A stretch of 64,000 bases of DNA from Podarcis melisellensis (Eukaryota): the NCBI GenBank assembly GCA_964234715.1, contig OZ174277.1, one strand, 5' to 3'. The position numbers were made by a program, and so were the translations under genes. A model generated the notes under the pieces. The model made no database searches and had not been told where the DNA came from. It saw only the letters and a list, made by a program, of their open reading frames with translations. Position 1 is the stretch's first letter, and each line of letters begins with the position of its first letter. This document shows positions 61,769-64,000 of the stretch, piece after piece.

Positions 61769-62795
61769 TTATGGTCAAACTGGTCAAACTATGTCCAGTC
61801 TTTATTGTGCATTTGCTCTGATTTGTTTATGCGGCAGTTATACCACCATAATGATTCATCCTGATTTGCTTGCAGGGAGTTTACATGCTTCCCTTTAAAC
61901 ATTTATTCATCCCATCACTTTCAAAACTGCAAGAAGTCCCATTTGTTGTTATTTTTAAAGTGCTTTTATTACTAAAGAGCTCAGTGCAAAGCTGAAGTTC
62001 CAGTATGCCCTTGAATCCTTCTTACAAAATCCTCACAGTCCAGAGGTATTCTTAGTCCTGATAGCCCTTCTCTGTAACACTCCAAAAGCTGAAGACCTTC
62101 TTTCCAGCCTAGAAGTTGAGTTTTGTATTCTAACACCTATTTTAATACCCATTTTGTGCTACAGCTTTCCAGCATGATTATTAATTGTTTGCGGATCACC
62201 ACAGGGCAGATGGACCTTGTTCACTGATGTATCATACCCAGAAATGTAGGTTAAAGGACAAGTAAGATGTGCATGTCTCCTCTAACTTCTGTTTCCTTGC
62301 AATGTTTGAACCAGCTGTTAGCCTGTTTTTATTACTATTTAAAAGTATGGGCCATACTATCAGTAGTTCCTGTTAGTATTCCCACTAGAACCCTCCCCAC
62401 AACCAAAAGCCTATTTTTAACTTTTAAAAAATACAATGGAGAAGTAGACTATTAGTTTCGCATGACAGAAGGAAATCATGAATACCAGACCTGCTTTTCC
62501 GAAATTAATGACAAGTGTAGTACCAAAGCAAAGTGTTAGATTAATTTGCTTTGCTAAGAGGGAAAAGGGATAAGGATTAGGTAACAAAAATGCAATCTAA
62601 ATATCTATTATTTGAGTGGTAAACAGGGACTTAACCAAGATTACAATCAGTTAAGACCCTTGGATAACAAAACCTCAGTGTATTCATGGCATGAAAAGCT
62701 CAATTCCAGCTAAAATGAGAAATTGGGGGGGAATCGGGGGGGGGGAGAAAAGTTAAGTTACTTATGAAGCAGTAAGCACTATGGCAATTTTGAGT

Positions 62796-63039
62796 GAAGA
62801 AGAAGAAGAGTTTGGATTTGTTATCCCACTTTATCACTACCCTAAGGAGTCTCAAAGTGGCTAACAATCTCCTTTCCCTTCCTCCCCCACAACAAACACT
62901 CTGTGAGGTGAGTGGGGCTGAGAGACTTCAAAGAAGTATGACTAGCCCAAGGTCACCCAGCAGCTGCATGTGGAGGAGCAGAGACGTAAACCCGGTTCAC
63001 CAGATTATGAGTCCATCACTCTTAACTACCACACTGGCT
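62796..63039 (-). mobile_element. tRNA-derived SINE with (CTT)n tail (Squam2-like)
   Basis: (GAA)n at the left end, rc CORE-like GCCCAAGGTCACCCAGC, and an rc tRNA head TTAACTACCACACTGG. Confidence 0.8.
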
Positions 63040-63119
63040 GTGTGGCTGATATGCAGCATTAGCCATACTCACAATAGGCCCATTGAAAGCAATGGTCTTA
63101 AGGAACTTCCTAGCGAGGG

Positions 63120-63307
63120 TATTCCCACCCCCAAAAAAGCTCCACAACTCTGGCCACCCCCTCCCCAAAATAGCTATACAACACCCCTCCCAAAGAAGCT
63201 CCACAACTCTGGCCAAACTCTGGCCCTTCCAGTGACAATGGGTAGATCACTGCCAGTCATTTTATACTGGGAATAGATTTCAGTCTCTTGGGAGTTGGAT
63301 GTGCCTG
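63120..63307. mobile_element. hAT-type MITE, right part (family of 2263-2514)
   Basis: Shares CCCAAAGAAGCTC and GGGTAGATCACTGCCAGTC with the 2263 copy. Ends GTTGGATGTGCCTG, followed by the hAT-preferred target CTCTAGAG. Confidence 0.65.
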
Positions 63308-64000
63308 CTCTAGAGTATGACTTAGCTGGACATCAGCCAGGTTTTTCTTTTCTTTTCTTCTACCTAAGCCTGTAGCTATGCAGGAGGAGGGAGCCTTCAT
63401 GGGGACAGAGCTGGGAAGGGAATGGTAAAGCTCCACTCCCCTAGAACTGCTGTCCCCAAAGCAACAATCCTGTTCATGGCTGTAATCAGTTTAAGAAAAA
63501 CAAGATATGAAGCTAGCTACACACTGCACATTCAGTATAAAGTGATTTGATCAAGAGATTGGAGCACACTCGTTAAGAGGAAAGGCTAAAGCCTTCATTC
63601 CCTGTCTTGTTTCAAGGCTCATTTCAAGAGAGCTGGTTTTGATTTTTCAAGCTCTGCATGGCTTGGAATCTCAATACATGAAGAATCACTTCTTCCCATA
63701 TGTACCTTCTCCAGCCCTGAGAATATCAGGTGTCCTTTCAGTCTGAGATAACAGAAAGGAAATGGCCTTTCCCCCTGGTTGTGGAACATCACGCTCATGG
63801 AGACTCACTAATGTTCATGCCTAGTTTAGCATCTCCTGGAAGCACCTACCATTGTGGGAAACAGTATGCTGGACTACCGGTAGACAGATCTCTGGTCTGG
63901 TACAGTAAAGCTCCCCAAATGTGTTTAAATAGCACTGTATATTACTTTATTTGAAGCACACTACCCTTTACCCCAGTAGGTTATATTCTAACCATACAAA

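Noticed and set aside
62794-63276. 160-aa plus-strand ORF
   Set aside because: Runs through an antisense SINE and a hAT MITE.

Overview
Vertebrate non-coding DNA from a squamate reptile, probably a lacertid lizard. This is inferred from the repeat content: Sauria SINEs with (ACCTTT)n tails, Bov-B/RTE, Squam2- and Squam3-like SINEs, CR1 and L2. I recognise no host protein-coding exon, tRNA, rRNA or CRISPR array, so the window looks like a large intron or intergenic region. Nearly all ORFs in the track are chance or repeat-derived. The only convincing protein-coding remnant is a young, 5'-truncated Penelope-like element (PLE, ~31618-33836) encoding the end of RT, the thumb and a GIY-YIG endonuclease. 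It has near-identical ~645-bp inverted arms, each carrying a minimal hammerhead-ribozyme motif, and (TA)n tracts at both junctions, and it sits inside a CR1 ORF2 remnant. The window also holds 8 Sauria SINEs (most with TSDs, one pair nested tail-to-tail), 2 Bov-B 3' ends (one with a 5' inversion), many hAT and Tc1/mariner MITEs, CR1/L2 fragments, two possible solo LTRs, microsatellites and a 140-N gap. I did not find a clearly new biological system. The most informative features are retrotransposition footprints, and family names are from pattern recognition rather than a database search.
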